Part shown: piece after piece, positions 38,706 through 49,167 of the stretch
Numbering within the stretch: the stretch's first letter is position 1
Layout: the number at the start of each line of letters is the position of its first letter
Sequence record: MT161459.1
Length of the DNA stretch: 64,000 nucleotides
Direction: 5' to 3' (one strand)
Position numbers and translations under genes: made by a program
The notes under the pieces: generated by a model
Databases searched by the model: none
The model's input: only the letters and a program-made list of their open reading frames with translations
Told to the model about the DNA's origin: nothing

Positions 38706-41700
38706 TTATTCTCCAATGCGTTTTTGTGATGGTGCGGTTGGGTTCAACTTGCCGCTCACATCGCGTGGCGCGTGCAGATCATCCTTCATCCGTTTGTCGA
38801 CCAATCTTCTCAGATCGGACAATCGAGAACTAAAGTCGCTGAACAGCGGGCTCCACTTCAATCTACGTTGCGATGGAAGATACTTGATTCCATTCCAAGT
38901 AATTGGATCTTCATCCGTATCATACTTCCGCGTTTCAAACGGCTTGCCGGTTTTGATATCGATCGCTTTCTCCCACTTGGCAATATCGAACGGAGTCGGA
39001 GTGAGGTCAGTCTCTACCAACTCGCCGGTGAGTGGATCAAACAATGGATCTGGGTTAGCTGCTGGGGAGTTCGGATCCACCGCCGTCTTCTTCAATGGGG
39101 TCGTCTCCGGAAGTCCGGCATCCCAACGGTATGCCTTGTTCATCTCAACTATCGTTTGTTGAGGGAACATGCTGATCCCACCGTTGATGAAAACAGTCAA
39201 CAGGGTCACTCCAATGAAACCAAACCCAACCGGATGGACGAAGCGGACCACATCATCACGGTATCTGGCAGTATTTAGTTCCGATTTGATCTTCATGACG
39301 TAGTACGATCTATTTCGGTTGATGTAATCGATATCCGAATATGCTAGCTCTTTACCAGTTACACCGCGAGTGATACTACCCGTGAACGCGGACGTCTCGC
39401 ACAGCAAAGTCTGTCCTTCTTCGTATTTCCCAATCAGGTTGTGAATAGTCAATTTCCATCTCAGAAGGCCCTTATCGTATATCCGCTCGATGTACGTGAC
39501 GTTGGCTCTGCCAGTTGGCGTGTAAATTGTGCGTCCAACCAGACTCTGATCGATATTCGTTGAACTAACCACGATATCGTAGTCGATCCCTACTGCAGAT
39601 TCCACCTCAATTTCCACATCGGCGTTGTACAGTAACTTGAACAGGAACTTATATGAGTCCGCGGTGCCCTTCGAACTGTAGAAGTTAGTGGCCTTGCTTT
39701 CAAAGAACCGAATAACCGAGTCACGCTTTTCTTGATCGAGATATATGTTTCTCCGACGAATCTCGGACCACAGGTACTCGAACGAGTCCTTCTCTCTGGG
39801 GTATTTGTTTCGAATCAGATTGACCATTCGATTGTAATACGACTCCGTGCCCTCGGAGATAAACTGGAGATAATACTCACCGAACTTAGTGAATAGCCCA
39901 TCATCGTAGTATGCTTCCGGACCCATCTTCAATAGCAGCGGTCTCAGATCGGGGTCCACCAACCCAGTTTGGACAACTGGCTCAAACGGAACCTCGCGTT
40001 CCTGCTTCTGCAAGTTAGCTTCTAACATGATGTGTTCTGGACGCCACACCACGGTTGCTTCATTACGAACGCGATATGGGTACTCGTAATATGCTATGAT
40101 CTCACCACCTGAGTTGAATTCGCGGTCATACGCCTTGTGGAACATGATGCCGTTGCAGTATTGACTGAACCCTTCGAACTTGACGTTATCGAGGTACAGC
40201 TTGACGTTGCCCTTGTCCCAAACTTCTTTGTTGATCAAGAACTCCGGATCGATGCGGTAAGTGTGGCGTTGCTCAGCGTTAATAACAACCGCTTGGTTAG
40301 AGTGACTGATCCAGCATCGCTGCCCAGTTGTGCCCATCCAGTTGAAGTTAGCTTCGTTGTAGTACTGTTGCGGACGTCTATTGAACTTCTTGCCATCTTC
40401 TGTAGACCACAGATAGAAGTGGAAGCGTTTGTCGGATAAGTAGGGATACTCAGATTGATACTTCACAGCAAAGTCAACATCATCGTATCGTGCAACTGTG
40501 TCTGGATCCGCAATGGTACTGTCGAACTTGTACGTCGCGCTACCAATAAACAGCTGTCGGCCATTGGTGCTCATGTTGGAGTATTTGTGCTCAATCGAAT
40601 CTCGTTCCAGCTGAGTATTGCCGAATACGCGCACCCAAGATCCGCCATTCGGGATAACTGGCTTAACCGGAACTCCGCCATCGATGATCAACTCAAACTT
40701 AGCGGGGTATTGGAACGCGGCGTTAAAGGCAGCTACCTTCGTCGCATCTAGTTTCCCAGCTGCGTCATACAGATCCGCTTCGAATTTGAATGCATCGCGG
40801 TTCTTGGATCCCAGTGACGATTTAACGGTCATCAACACACCATTCTTCCCACGGAATACACGATTCTCCCACGTTCCGGATACTTGCCCAGCGTGAGTTC
40901 CACCGTTGACGAATGTGGCTGTCATGTTGGTGATGTCTACCCCCTTGACGTAGTTCGATGTCGCGTTAGTCAGAGTAAAGTTGCCAAGAGTAAACACCTC
41001 CGGAACATACACTTCGTCGAAGCGATACACACCAACCTCCGGACAAGGCTTGACGTTATCTACATTGCGACGATCCAGCTTCATGTCAGCAACAGCACCA
41101 GTTACCAGTGCGTAGCATACATCGTTGAATACTTCCAATTTCTTGACCACAGTCTTTTCGTTGTTGGTAATGCGATAAGTCGTCGCGTCCCACAAACGAA
41201 CGGAGTTGCCTGATCCGTCATCCCCGATTGGAGCATTTTTGGTCAGGATCCGGCGGAACTTATCTTCCGCAACTGCATACACCCAAGTATCGTTAGCGCT
41301 CTGAGCTTCGACCTTGCGCTTGATGTTTTCTGGATACGCAGTGTACTTCCCAAACACGAGAGTATTGAATGGGATGGAGGCATCTACGTCCAATCGCACA
41401 AACGTGATCTGATCATCAGACCAGAAGTGTTGGTTGCTGCTGAATCTGATCTCATCGGACGCTCGGCCATAATACAGATCGTCATATCCTAGGATAAAGC
41501 TGGTATTGCGATTCTGGCTCATGGCAGTACGCGCAATTGGATAACCGCACCGACCGGTCAGAGCTTGGTAATACCACCAGTTCTGACCGCCATCATTGGA
41601 TACTTTGGCCATATTTTGGTAGCGTTCAAATAGGTACAGTACATCGCCCTTGTACCCTAGATATGTACGATCCTTATTGACACACACTTGCTCGATAGGG

Positions 41701-42209
41701 CCTTGAATCTCGTGAAACTCTGGATCCGATACCACGTAGTTCTCAACGTTCGTGATGTTGGCAATACCAGCATCATATACAAACGTGTCACTCATAAGAG
41801 TTGCATATATTGGATCCTTCCCGAAGTTGACGTACGATTTATTTTTGCGTAGCTTTTGATCCACAAATACTCGGTTTGGAATAAGCTGAGATACCGATGT
41901 TGTGGTATACGCATTCTCGGAGAATGTTTCGAATACCTCCGTATTGACCCAATCGGATTGATCCATTCCAGGGAACGTCGTTGCAACCCTGAAGATGTAT
42001 TTCGTATCAGGAGCTAGGATTCTATCTTCGAACCACTCGGGATCGGACACCACGTCCCGAGAGTTCCAACTGTAGATGCCATCTCCATTGTCGATGGCGT
42101 ACTCTACGTTGTAAAAGAAGTTAGAACCCACGTTATCCCACTTCAAGTGGGCAAAGTTTGCTCCTAGTTGAACTATTCGCAAACTGGTAATAGTGGGTGC
42201 TTTTGTCAT
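38706..42209 (-). CDS. gp7: Baseplate wedge initiator gp7
   Basis: KAPTITSLRIVQL, KYPREKDSFEYLWSEI, NFYSSKGTADSYKFLFK, FVHPVGFGFIG. Confidence 0.96.
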   Translation of the reverse strand: MTKAPTITSLRIVQLGANFAHLKWDNVGSNFFYNVEYAIDNGDGIYSWNSRDVVSDPEWFEDRILAPDTKYIFRVATTFPGMDQSDWVNTEVFETFSENAYTTTSVSQLIPNRVFVDQKLRKNKSYVNFGKDPIYATLMSDTFVYDAGIANITNVENYVVSDPEFHEIQGPIEQVCVNKDRTYLGYKGDVLYLFERYQNMAKVSNDGGQNWWYYQALTGRCGYPIARTAMSQNRNTSFILGYDDLYYGRASDEIRFSSNQHFWSDDQITFVRLDVDASIPFNTLVFGKYTAYPENIKRKVEAQSANDTWVYAVAEDKFRRILTKNAPIGDDGSGNSVRLWDATTYRITNNEKTVVKKLEVFNDVCYALVTGAVADMKLDRRNVDNVKPCPEVGVYRFDEVYVPEVFTLGNFTLTNATSNYVKGVDITNMTATFVNGGTHAGQVSGTWENRVFRGKNGVLMTVKSSLGSKNRDAFKFEADLYDAAGKLDATKVAAFNAAFQYPAKFELIIDGGVPVKPVIPNGGSWVRVFGNTQLERDSIEHKYSNMSTNGRQLFIGSATYKFDSTIADPDTVARYDDVDFAVKYQSEYPYLSDKRFHFYLWSTEDGKKFNRRPQQYYNEANFNWMGTTGQRCWISHSNQAVVINAEQRHTYRIDPEFLINKEVWDKGNVKLYLDNVKFEGFSQYCNGIMFHKAYDREFNSGGEIIAYYEYPYRVRNEATVVWRPEHIMLEANLQKQEREVPFEPVVQTGLVDPDLRPLLLKMGPEAYYDDGLFTKFGEYYLQFISEGTESYYNRMVNLIRNKYPREKDSFEYLWSEIRRRNIYLDQEKRDSVIRFFESKATNFYSSKGTADSYKFLFKLLYNADVEIEVESAVGIDYDIVVSSTNIDQSLVGRTIYTPTGRANVTYIERIYDKGLLRWKLTIHNLIGKYEEGQTLLCETSAFTGSITRGVTGKELAYSDIDYINRNRSYYVMKIKSELNTARYRDDVVRFVHPVGFGFIGVTLLTVFINGGISMFPQQTIVEMNKAYRWDAGLPETTPLKKTAVDPNSPAANPDPLFDPLTGELVETDLTPTPFDIAKWEKAIDIKTGKPFETRKYDTDEDPITWNGIKYLPSQRRLKWSPLFSDFSSRLSDLRRLVDKRMKDDLHAPRDVSGKLNPTAPSQKRIGE

Positions 42210-44164
42210 TATCGAACCACTGCCTCCATTCGGATTTTGGTATATTGAGGACGAAGATTGTTCTCGAAAACGATCATCGTGCCATCGGATGTATAGATGT
42301 TGGTTTCAACTGGGGTACTGTGCAGCTCGATATAAGCGGCTACGAACTTGTCTGGATTCTGGTTCAGGACGCCGAGATCAAATGTTATCTCATCACTAAC
42401 GTAATCGCATTCGCCCACAGAGTAGTACAAGCTGCGTCCATCAATCGCTTTGCGATCAAAGTCAGATCCGGTGTACGGTTGGATTGTGATATCGCCTGCC
42501 GCGAACGGTCCAACGAGCATGAGTCCAGAGTCCGGATTGACCTTGCCATCTGGTCCTGGAACTGAGTTCTTCTTAGTCGATACGTAGTGGACGTTGTAGC
42601 TGACCTTCGCTCGTGGAGTGAAAGTCACATCGCTGCTGTACACAGACCCTTCTGTTATCTTATTTAGGTACTTGATGCCAATCATTGGAGCGGTGTAGAA
42701 GTTCTCAACCTCGCGCACTAATCCAATTGCGGTGGTTGTACCCAATACAGACGTATCCGCATCATCAACTCGACCATTCAGTTTGGATGTGTAGAACCCT
42801 CGGTTGAAGATCTCTACCTCCTCGATGTAGTATCGATCGATCGCATCCAACACACGACCTTGTAGCCATTCTTCTGTTTGACTCAGGTTGTTCAGCGCGT
42901 ACGTCACCTTGACATCTTTCTTGATATACAGGTAGTTTGGCGAGTGAACAATCGGTGTAATCGTTGCAACGTTGTATTGGCGCAAGAAGTTCTGCATATC
43001 TTCTTTCTGCACGGTAGTCAGGTACAAACCATCTTTCGGTTTGATAGCAATGAATGCGTATCCAGGCTTCTCCGAATCGGTATAGCATTGAACCGCTTGA
43101 ACGATATTACCAAACTGGTAGCTGATAAACGCTTCATAGTCAGATGCAGTTACAGCTCGACGTTGAGTCTCGCGCATGATCGGACCAAGCTCACGGATGC
43201 GCTCGATGTCCTCAGCTTCACCACCGCCAATCGCCCCAACGTAGTTCCGGTCCTTAGGTCCCAGTTCAGAGCTTGGGTTCTCATCGATACGCTCTACCAC
43301 AATGGATGGGATCGTATCCACATATTCAAATCCGCGAGCGCCGTTGGAGCTCTTACCATCTGTGCTCAGATATTCGATGACGATGGTTGCACCTACGGAT
43401 GGCTTGAGACCCCCAACGTAGTTTGCAGCCAGCTCACCAGACGCTGACACGGAGTTGGATCCCTCTCCAAAAAAGATCTCCGTATAGCCGTCGATAGTCT
43501 CGCGCTGATAGAATACGGTGCTCGTGCCACCAAGTTGTACTACCGGTTTGGTGGTCCAGTCGGTCCACGATGCGCCATTGACATACACGCGAACGTATCG
43601 GCGATCGATGTTTGGATCGTTGATCTCGATAATCCCACCTTGTTCGTATACGATCTCTTGACGAACGATACGACCCTGATGCAGAGCAAGATCAGCGATA
43701 TATCTATTGTTGATACCACGAATGATCTCAACGTCATCCCAAGTCACGTAATCGAAGAAGTTGACCTTCTCGATATTCCCAGTAAACTTAGTTCCCTTGG
43801 GAATGGTGATACTGATGGGGCTACTCTCGATTGGAGAGTAATATGCAGTCATTCGCACAGTAGTTCCACTTGCCGCTTTTGTACTTGGGAGGTATCCCAT
43901 ATCCTGAACGTGCTGAACCACGGACGATCTCAGCTTTGCAAGACGGTGGAAGCTCTCATACAGTGCAGCGTTATTAAATTGTTGCATGTATAGAGTGTTC
44001 AACGCAAGCAGGTCGATCAATACTGATAGGCGGCTGCCCGCGAAGTTGTAGTCCTTGAACTCGTCTTGGTTCCGCAACCACTGAATGAGCCGAGTTCGAA
44101 TCTGGTCAAAGGTAGCGCCTGTGAAATCATTCGGCAAGTCTACCGCGTTTACTTTATTGGCCAT
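42209..44164 (-). CDS. gp6: Baseplate wedge gp6
   Basis: EFKDYNFAGSRLSVLIDLLA.NT, RETQRRAVTASDY, LRPQY. Confidence 0.97.
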   Translation of the reverse strand: MANKVNAVDLPNDFTGATFDQIRTRLIQWLRNQDEFKDYNFAGSRLSVLIDLLALNTLYMQQFNNAALYESFHRLAKLRSSVVQHVQDMGYLPSTKAASGTTVRMTAYYSPIESSPISITIPKGTKFTGNIEKVNFFDYVTWDDVEIIRGINNRYIADLALHQGRIVRQEIVYEQGGIIEINDPNIDRRYVRVYVNGASWTDWTTKPVVQLGGTSTVFYQRETIDGYTEIFFGEGSNSVSASGELAANYVGGLKPSVGATIVIEYLSTDGKSSNGARGFEYVDTIPSIVVERIDENPSSELGPKDRNYVGAIGGGEAEDIERIRELGPIMRETQRRAVTASDYEAFISYQFGNIVQAVQCYTDSEKPGYAFIAIKPKDGLYLTTVQKEDMQNFLRQYNVATITPIVHSPNYLYIKKDVKVTYALNNLSQTEEWLQGRVLDAIDRYYIEEVEIFNRGFYTSKLNGRVDDADTSVLGTTTAIGLVREVENFYTAPMIGIKYLNKITEGSVYSSDVTFTPRAKVSYNVHYVSTKKNSVPGPDGKVNPDSGLMLVGPFAAGDITIQPYTGSDFDRKAIDGRSLYYSVGECDYVSDEITFDLGVLNQNPDKFVAAYIELHSTPVETNIYTSDGTMIVFENNLRPQYTKIRMEAVVR

Positions 44165-44585
44165 CTGATAGTTCCATTTTTAGTTGAAGGATGTAGTTGA
44201 GGTCCGTGATCAGGCGATAAAACAGAGTCACGATGTACATGTTAGCATCGTATAGAGGAATTACCTCGACCATGTCCATTTGAACCCGAGGTTCGTAGTT
44301 TCTAATGGCATCGTATATGGACCTCTCGATCGCCATCGCGGATGCTTCGTTCATGTTCTCGAATAACGTTGCGTGGATGTCACATCCAAATAACGGATCA
44401 AATGGACGCTCACCTTTGCGGGTGCTGATAATGCCAGCCATCGATTGTTGAACTGCGCTGACGTTAGACACCGACGATAAGTCGTTGTCTCGGAAATCCT
44501 TGCCGAAATCTGCAGCGATGTCCGAATAGAAATCTTTTTGTTCGACCGCAAGTATTTTCAAGCGGTTGCTGAATGTAGAAGCCAT
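44154..44585 (-). CDS. gp25: Baseplate wedge gp25
   Basis: FYSDI, QQSMAGIISTRKGERPFDPLFGCDI, AIRNYEPRV. Confidence 0.95.
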   Translation of the reverse strand: MASTFSNRLKILAVEQKDFYSDIAADFGKDFRDNDLSSVSNVSAVQQSMAGIISTRKGERPFDPLFGCDIHATLFENMNEASAMAIERSIYDAIRNYEPRVQMDMVEVIPLYDANMYIVTLFYRLITDLNYILQLKMELSDGQ

Positions 44586-44594
44586 GATGTCTCC

Positions 44595-44891
44595 TTATGA
44601 TGCAAATACATTGGATGATGATTTGATGATGACCTCGCCCAGATCGCACACATCGCCTATTTGAGCGAGCGGTTTTCCTTGGACAAATACTTTGGACGTG
44701 CGCGCAATGACCTTGCCGGAAATTGGTTGAGGGTCGTCCCCTGGTTTGGTGTGCGTCTGTACACGATCATCTTGTCTCACTACTATTTGTTTTCCGTTTG
44801 CAAAAACGGTTGTGCTGGTTCCCAGGACCTTGGATGGACTCCAAGGTCCTGGACCTATTGTGGGGGCGTTATGAAGTACTAATCCGGCCAT
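44595..44891 (-). CDS. gp5.4: PAAR-like spike tip protein (gp5.4)
   Basis: STTVFANG..IV...D...TH..., TSKVFVQGKPLAQIGD.CD.G.VI..SS.NVF. Confidence 0.9.
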   Translation of the reverse strand: MAGLVLHNAPTIGPGPWSPSKVLGTSTTVFANGKQIVVRQDDRVQTHTKPGDDPQPISGKVIARTSKVFVQGKPLAQIGDVCDLGEVIIKSSSNVFAS

Positions 44892-44900
44892 TATCGATTC

Positions 44901-45452
44901 TCACATTCTTGGGAAGGGTCCGCTCTTATTTATGTACTCCACTAGCGTGTTGCACCAACTTTGGTAGCTTCCCATAATAGTCTGTGTGAATGTGGATTGG
45001 ATCGTTGTACGAGTAGGATTGACAGCTGGAGGTACTGGAGGAACTTCCGTCACCAGTGTTACTGTGTATGTGACGTCTTTAGTCATACTTCCGGATGGAT
45101 TGAACTCGATTACATCGCATGTAGTCGGGGATGGCAGATTGCTAAATCCATTGACTGTTGCGATTTTTAGGGTTTTGCGATCTCTATATGTGAGAGCTAG
45201 CACAGCTCCATTCTTCTCAAAGAAGTTTCGAATCTGTCCAGATACTCGAGCGCCAGCAATCGTTACTCCGTATGGAGCTAGATCTACGCTTGATGCTACA
45301 GTCATGCTGATAAACTTTTCCGGCGGACTGAGCTGATACAGAAATGTGAAGTCGAGGTTGACGGGAGTATTATCTCCCGCCTTCCTGTCATAGAACTCTG
45401 ATACTTTGGAATGTGCTGCCCAGCCACCCGAAGGTGGCAGGATTGTTGCCAT
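44901..45452 (-). CDS. gp5.1: gp5.1-like protein
   Basis: YTVTLV...P.V.P.R.T...FTQTIMGSYQSW.N.L..YI. Position between gp5 and PAAR. Confidence 0.75.
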   Translation of the reverse strand: MATILPPSGGWAAHSKVSEFYDRKAGDNTPVNLDFTFLYQLSPPEKFISMTVASSVDLAPYGVTIAGARVSGQIRNFFEKNGAVLALTYRDRKTLKIATVNGFSNLPSPTTCDVIEFNPSGSMTKDVTYTVTLVTEVPPVPPAVNPTRTTIQSTFTQTIMGSYQSWCNTLVEYINKSGPFPRM

Positions 45453-45462
45453 TATTGCCTCA

Positions 45463-47385
45463 TTAGTTCAGGTTGATTGTAGCGCCGGATACTTGTGCAG
45501 TACCAGTTGCGTCCAACGTTGCATTCGCGCCATGGACCTTAGCGTCACCAGATGCGGTAGCGTTAAACTTACCAGCAGTTTCCATCGTGATGTTCGCCGC
45601 TTTGAGTTTATAGTCCCCAGTAACTTCTTGGGTCATCGATCCAGAGATCGTTGCAGAAACATTGCCTTTCACAGTTGATGTGACGTTACCGTTGACCGAC
45701 TCGGTTACGTTCCCAGTTACTTTGGAATTGACGTTGCCCTCAACAGTCTCAGTGACGTTTCCTCGAACAAACTGCGTGAGGTTGCCATCTACTGTTTGAA
45801 TACAGTTGCCCATGTAGTACAGCGTAGCATTACCCTCAACCACTATGTTCATATCACCTTTGACGTTTAGGTTACGGCCACTTTGAACGATCAAAAAGTC
45901 ATCGCCAACTATCTTAGTCACTCGGCGTCCATCTGGGCTAATCTCCTCGTAGGTACCAGATGGGTGTTTACGGTGGTACCGTTCAGCTCCAGGAGTATCA
46001 TCGAACTCGACAATGTGACCACTCTCAGACTCATACACATGGTTGTACGGATACTTGGCTGCGTATGATGATTTGGGCTCCTCGAATGCAATCCTCGTGT
46101 CTTCTGGGACGTATGGATCTTCTGGACTAGGTTCGGGATCAGCGGCGCGTGCAGAACGCGATAGAACGCGTTGTACAGTTGCCATTTTCATAGGTGCCCG
46201 ATCGTACTGCGATGCCATCTGGGATGCAATAGACACCGGTTCAGACGCCATAGCCATGGATTTTAGCTTCAGAGGTTCCGGTTTCTCATCCATGGATTTT
46301 AGCTTCAAAGGTTCCGGTTTCTCTATGGGATTATCTGGCGCTTTGACCCCATAGGATTCCAAGTTGCCCGTTAGCACGATACGGGCTACGCGAGACGATC
46401 GTCCAGGAGTCTGTCTAGCCCACAGAGAATCTCGCAATCCGTCATATGCGCCCTTCCAATCCTTGGCCTTCATCTTCGCGAGCGTGTTTTTGAACTTAGC
46501 TAGACCGCCAGCTCCCATCTGGAAGCACATGTTCTCCATGGACATCTGACGAGATCGATTCAGAGTGACGTACACTTCACGAAGAGATGAGATGCGAGCA
46601 ATATCAGCGCGGACCTGAGCTAGATCGCGAGCAAACAACTCACTGACCTCAGCGTTGGTGATAGTTCCATCCGTACACACTCGACCGACTTGAGCTGATA
46701 TAGCCGCATTGATCAACCTTGTATCTCTCGTCACTTGGTGGATAAGTAGGTGTCCGATACCAATAGTCGGATAACCCAAGGAATCTGCGTACCACTGCAA
46801 ACGGTATCCTTCATCCTGCCTTAGCATCTTTTCGATAGTAAAGTCAGGATTGTCATCTTCTGCGATGTCTTCTAGTGGCACGTCCGTGGGCGCTACCGCT
46901 AAAGTTGTATTGTCATCTTGAATGTCGACGCTGATGGGACGATTATCTTCGCCGACTATCGCGCCAGATCCAGATGATCCAGATCCTGGCTGTCCTCCGC
47001 CCGCCAACACGTTAAGGTCATTACCGATATATCTCGGATACTGACCTGACGGATCAGAAAATCCTTTGGCTGGATTAGGCTTCTCGACATACGTTCCACC
47101 TAGAGTGCCGATAACCACTCCATCTTGCTTGAATGCATCCCGAAAGAATCCAACTACGTGAGTTCCCTCTACTGCTCCGAGAGGAGTTTGCCCAATGCCA
47201 GACATCGAAGCTGATGTGATACTAGACATTGGGTGCATCCACAACAACTCCTCTGTTGGGATCCCTTGCTCCGCATTCTTCGACTTCTGATCTGTGTGAT
47301 ATGCAAACACCCTGACGCGGATCCGGCCTTGTTTTAGCGGATCGAATCTATCCTCCACCACCCCAGTAAACCATTCTCCTACCAT
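45463..47385 (-). CDS. gp5: Baseplate hub needle / tail lysozyme gp5
   Basis: OB domain WFTGVVEDRFDP...GRIRVR, lysozyme MLRQDEG...D..GYPTIGIGH with the E/D/T triad, and C-terminal VxGNxxxx beta-helix octads. Confidence 0.97.
   Translation of the reverse strand: MVGEWFTGVVEDRFDPLKQGRIRVRVFAYHTDQKSKNAEQGIPTEELLWMHPMSSITSASMSGIGQTPLGAVEGTHVVGFFRDAFKQDGVVIGTLGGTYVEKPNPAKGFSDPSGQYPRYIGNDLNVLAGGGQPGSGSSGSGAIVGEDNRPISVDIQDDNTTLAVAPTDVPLEDIAEDDNPDFTIEKMLRQDEGYRLQWYADSLGYPTIGIGHLLIHQVTRDTRLINAAISAQVGRVCTDGTITNAEVSELFARDLAQVRADIARISSLREVYVTLNRSRQMSMENMCFQMGAGGLAKFKNTLAKMKAKDWKGAYDGLRDSLWARQTPGRSSRVARIVLTGNLESYGVKAPDNPIEKPEPLKLKSMDEKPEPLKLKSMAMASEPVSIASQMASQYDRAPMKMATVQRVLSRSARAADPEPSPEDPYVPEDTRIAFEEPKSSYAAKYPYNHVYESESGHIVEFDDTPGAERYHRKHPSGTYEEISPDGRRVTKIVGDDFLIVQSGRNLNVKGDMNIVVEGNATLYYMGNCIQTVDGNLTQFVRGNVTETVEGNVNSKVTGNVTESVNGNVTSTVKGNVSATISGSMTQEVTGDYKLKAANITMETAGKFNATASGDAKVHGANATLDATGTAQVSGATINLN
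46254..46323. repeat. 36-bp tandem duplication within gp5
   Basis: CCATGGATTTTAGCTTCA(G/A)AGGTTCCGGTTTCTC twice, encoding EKPEPLKLKSM twice. Confidence 0.9.
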
Positions 47386-48611
47386 TAGTATCTCCTAAGG
47401 TCGCTATCACTAATGAGCTCTAAGTCCATTGTGTACGACTCTCTTGTTATCTTGTGAACTATTCGATTGACTAGCCATCTGCCAGAATCTCTAGTGTTAG
47501 TACCTCCATTTAGGTCTGGCGTTTTCAGTTCAATAACAGATCCAGACGTAATGTCGGTATTCCCAGCAATGCTAGCAAGCGCTCTCTTGGCTAGGAGGGA
47601 CGATCTATTGACTCTACGAATTCCAACGCTGTTCCCATTGGACCCCATGTTGATAAACTTGTACATCTGGTCTTCTGACGATTGAATATTCACAACAGTC
47701 ACATTGTCGGTGATGGATCCTCCGTACCAGCTATCCGAGTTCATCGGTTTGTATATCTTTTTGACGCCCGACGCAGCTACTGGAGTGACCTTCATTCTCT
47801 TATCGACGAGGCTATGAGAATGAATGGAACAACCAAGACCGCCATCACGAATCTGCTGCCTAATATTCATTCCTCGCACACGGTGGTATTTCAGGACGCG
47901 GTTGTACATCACGCTATCGTTCTCGTGGTCATATACCAGACTAGCGATGGGGTCGGATTTCAATAATGTAGTTCCGCTCACAAAATTGACTTTGTCTCTA
48001 TTCTCAAAGAAGTAGAAGTTGCTATCGCCCTTGCTATTGCTATCTCCCGACTGAACGAGAGCAGACAGGTGTCCAATCACTTCTAGTGGGGTAATGTTGG
48101 GGATGACTATGTCGCGGTTATACAGAGTGGGTTCGATGTTCTGGGCATCTACGGGATACCCAATGAGACTCAACATTTCTGACACGATAGCGTGAGCGCC
48201 AGTGTTGGAATAACTCTTGCTGATTGACAGGAACTCATTATTGATAGATCCAATACTCTCGATCTTCATAGTCACGATGCGACGTGCCATCGTGCTCGAG
48301 TGTGCAACATCATCGTAGCTGTTGATTCGGAACTTCTTCGCAAATCTGGATGCTTTGGTAAGATCCGGACGTTTGCTGTAGAAGCTCAGTTCGATCATCT
48401 CATCTCCCCTAAGGTTCAACTGAGTATCGAAAATGTTGACGTCATCGTTGAACGAAATAGTGCCTGTCATCAACCCATTGGAGATTCCTTCACACAATTC
48501 AATAGTCAAAAATGCTGTGCTCATCTCAAATCCATTATCACCTTGAATGACCACGATGCGTTCGATAGCGAAGTTCTCGAACGCGGTCATACTAATTCTA
48601 TCAAGAGCCAT
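47385..48611 (-). CDS. gp27: Baseplate hub protein, gp27-like
   Basis: About 400 aa. I.L.E.I..GLMTG.I.F.D..N, FYFFENRD..NF and C-terminal G...I.SG..I.L...GRWLV..IVH fit the gp27/VgrG-hub layout. Adjacent to gp5. Confidence 0.72.
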   Translation of the reverse strand: MALDRISMTAFENFAIERIVVIQGDNGFEMSTAFLTIELCEGISNGLMTGTISFNDDVNIFDTQLNLRGDEMIELSFYSKRPDLTKASRFAKKFRINSYDDVAHSSTMARRIVTMKIESIGSINNEFLSISKSYSNTGAHAIVSEMLSLIGYPVDAQNIEPTLYNRDIVIPNITPLEVIGHLSALVQSGDSNSKGDSNFYFFENRDKVNFVSGTTLLKSDPIASLVYDHENDSVMYNRVLKYHRVRGMNIRQQIRDGGLGCSIHSHSLVDKRMKVTPVAASGVKKIYKPMNSDSWYGGSITDNVTVVNIQSSEDQMYKFINMGSNGNSVGIRRVNRSSLLAKRALASIAGNTDITSGSVIELKTPDLNGGTNTRDSGRWLVNRIVHKITRESYTMDLELISDSDLRRY

Positions 48612-49167
48612 CGCGTATTCTCTCCAAGCGTCTTGTCAGCATATCCAAGAATTTGGATATGTCATTTGGCGCAATAATCGTAATCGTTCGTTTGCGTTCA
48701 TTCTCGTTCATCTCGTGCTCGATTGCAGTAACCGGAACGAGAGTCCCGCGATGTTGAAGATACTTATTATTCAAGTCCCCAATGTCGTACCAGTTGCCAG
48801 AACCGATAGGATATTCTCTCATTCTCCAATACGGATTTCCTTCGGAGTCGACGTGATACAATATCTCATTCACTCCATTCGGTTTATTCTTGTACCGTTG
48901 CGCGCAACTCTTGTGAACCGCTTCTTCGTCCTTGATCCAACCGTGAAACGGATCTAGGATTTCGTTGATCATCAGCAGCACCCAGTAATAACTCACATCA
49001 CCATACAGCTTGTACGACAACAATTCGGGACGTGGCGATCCGGTAATGTAGAACTTCTGCAACACGAAGTTGGAGCTAACCTCATCAAAGTACTTCTTGT
49101 AGCTTCGAAATATGTCAGCCATTGGAACCCCATCGTAATTGACGGGGTCAAAGAATCCAAAAATCAT
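48601..49167 (-). CDS. gp53: Baseplate wedge gp53
   Basis: MIFGFFDPVNY, GSPRPELLSYKLYG..YYWVLLMIN.ILDPFHGW, ENERKR.I.II. Confidence 0.95.
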   Translation of the reverse strand: MIFGFFDPVNYDGVPMADIFRSYKKYFDEVSSNFVLQKFYITGSPRPELLSYKLYGDVSYYWVLLMINEILDPFHGWIKDEEAVHKSCAQRYKNKPNGVNEILYHVDSEGNPYWRMREYPIGSGNWYDIGDLNNKYLQHRGTLVPVTAIEHEMNENERKRTITIIAPNDISKFLDMLTRRLERIRDGS

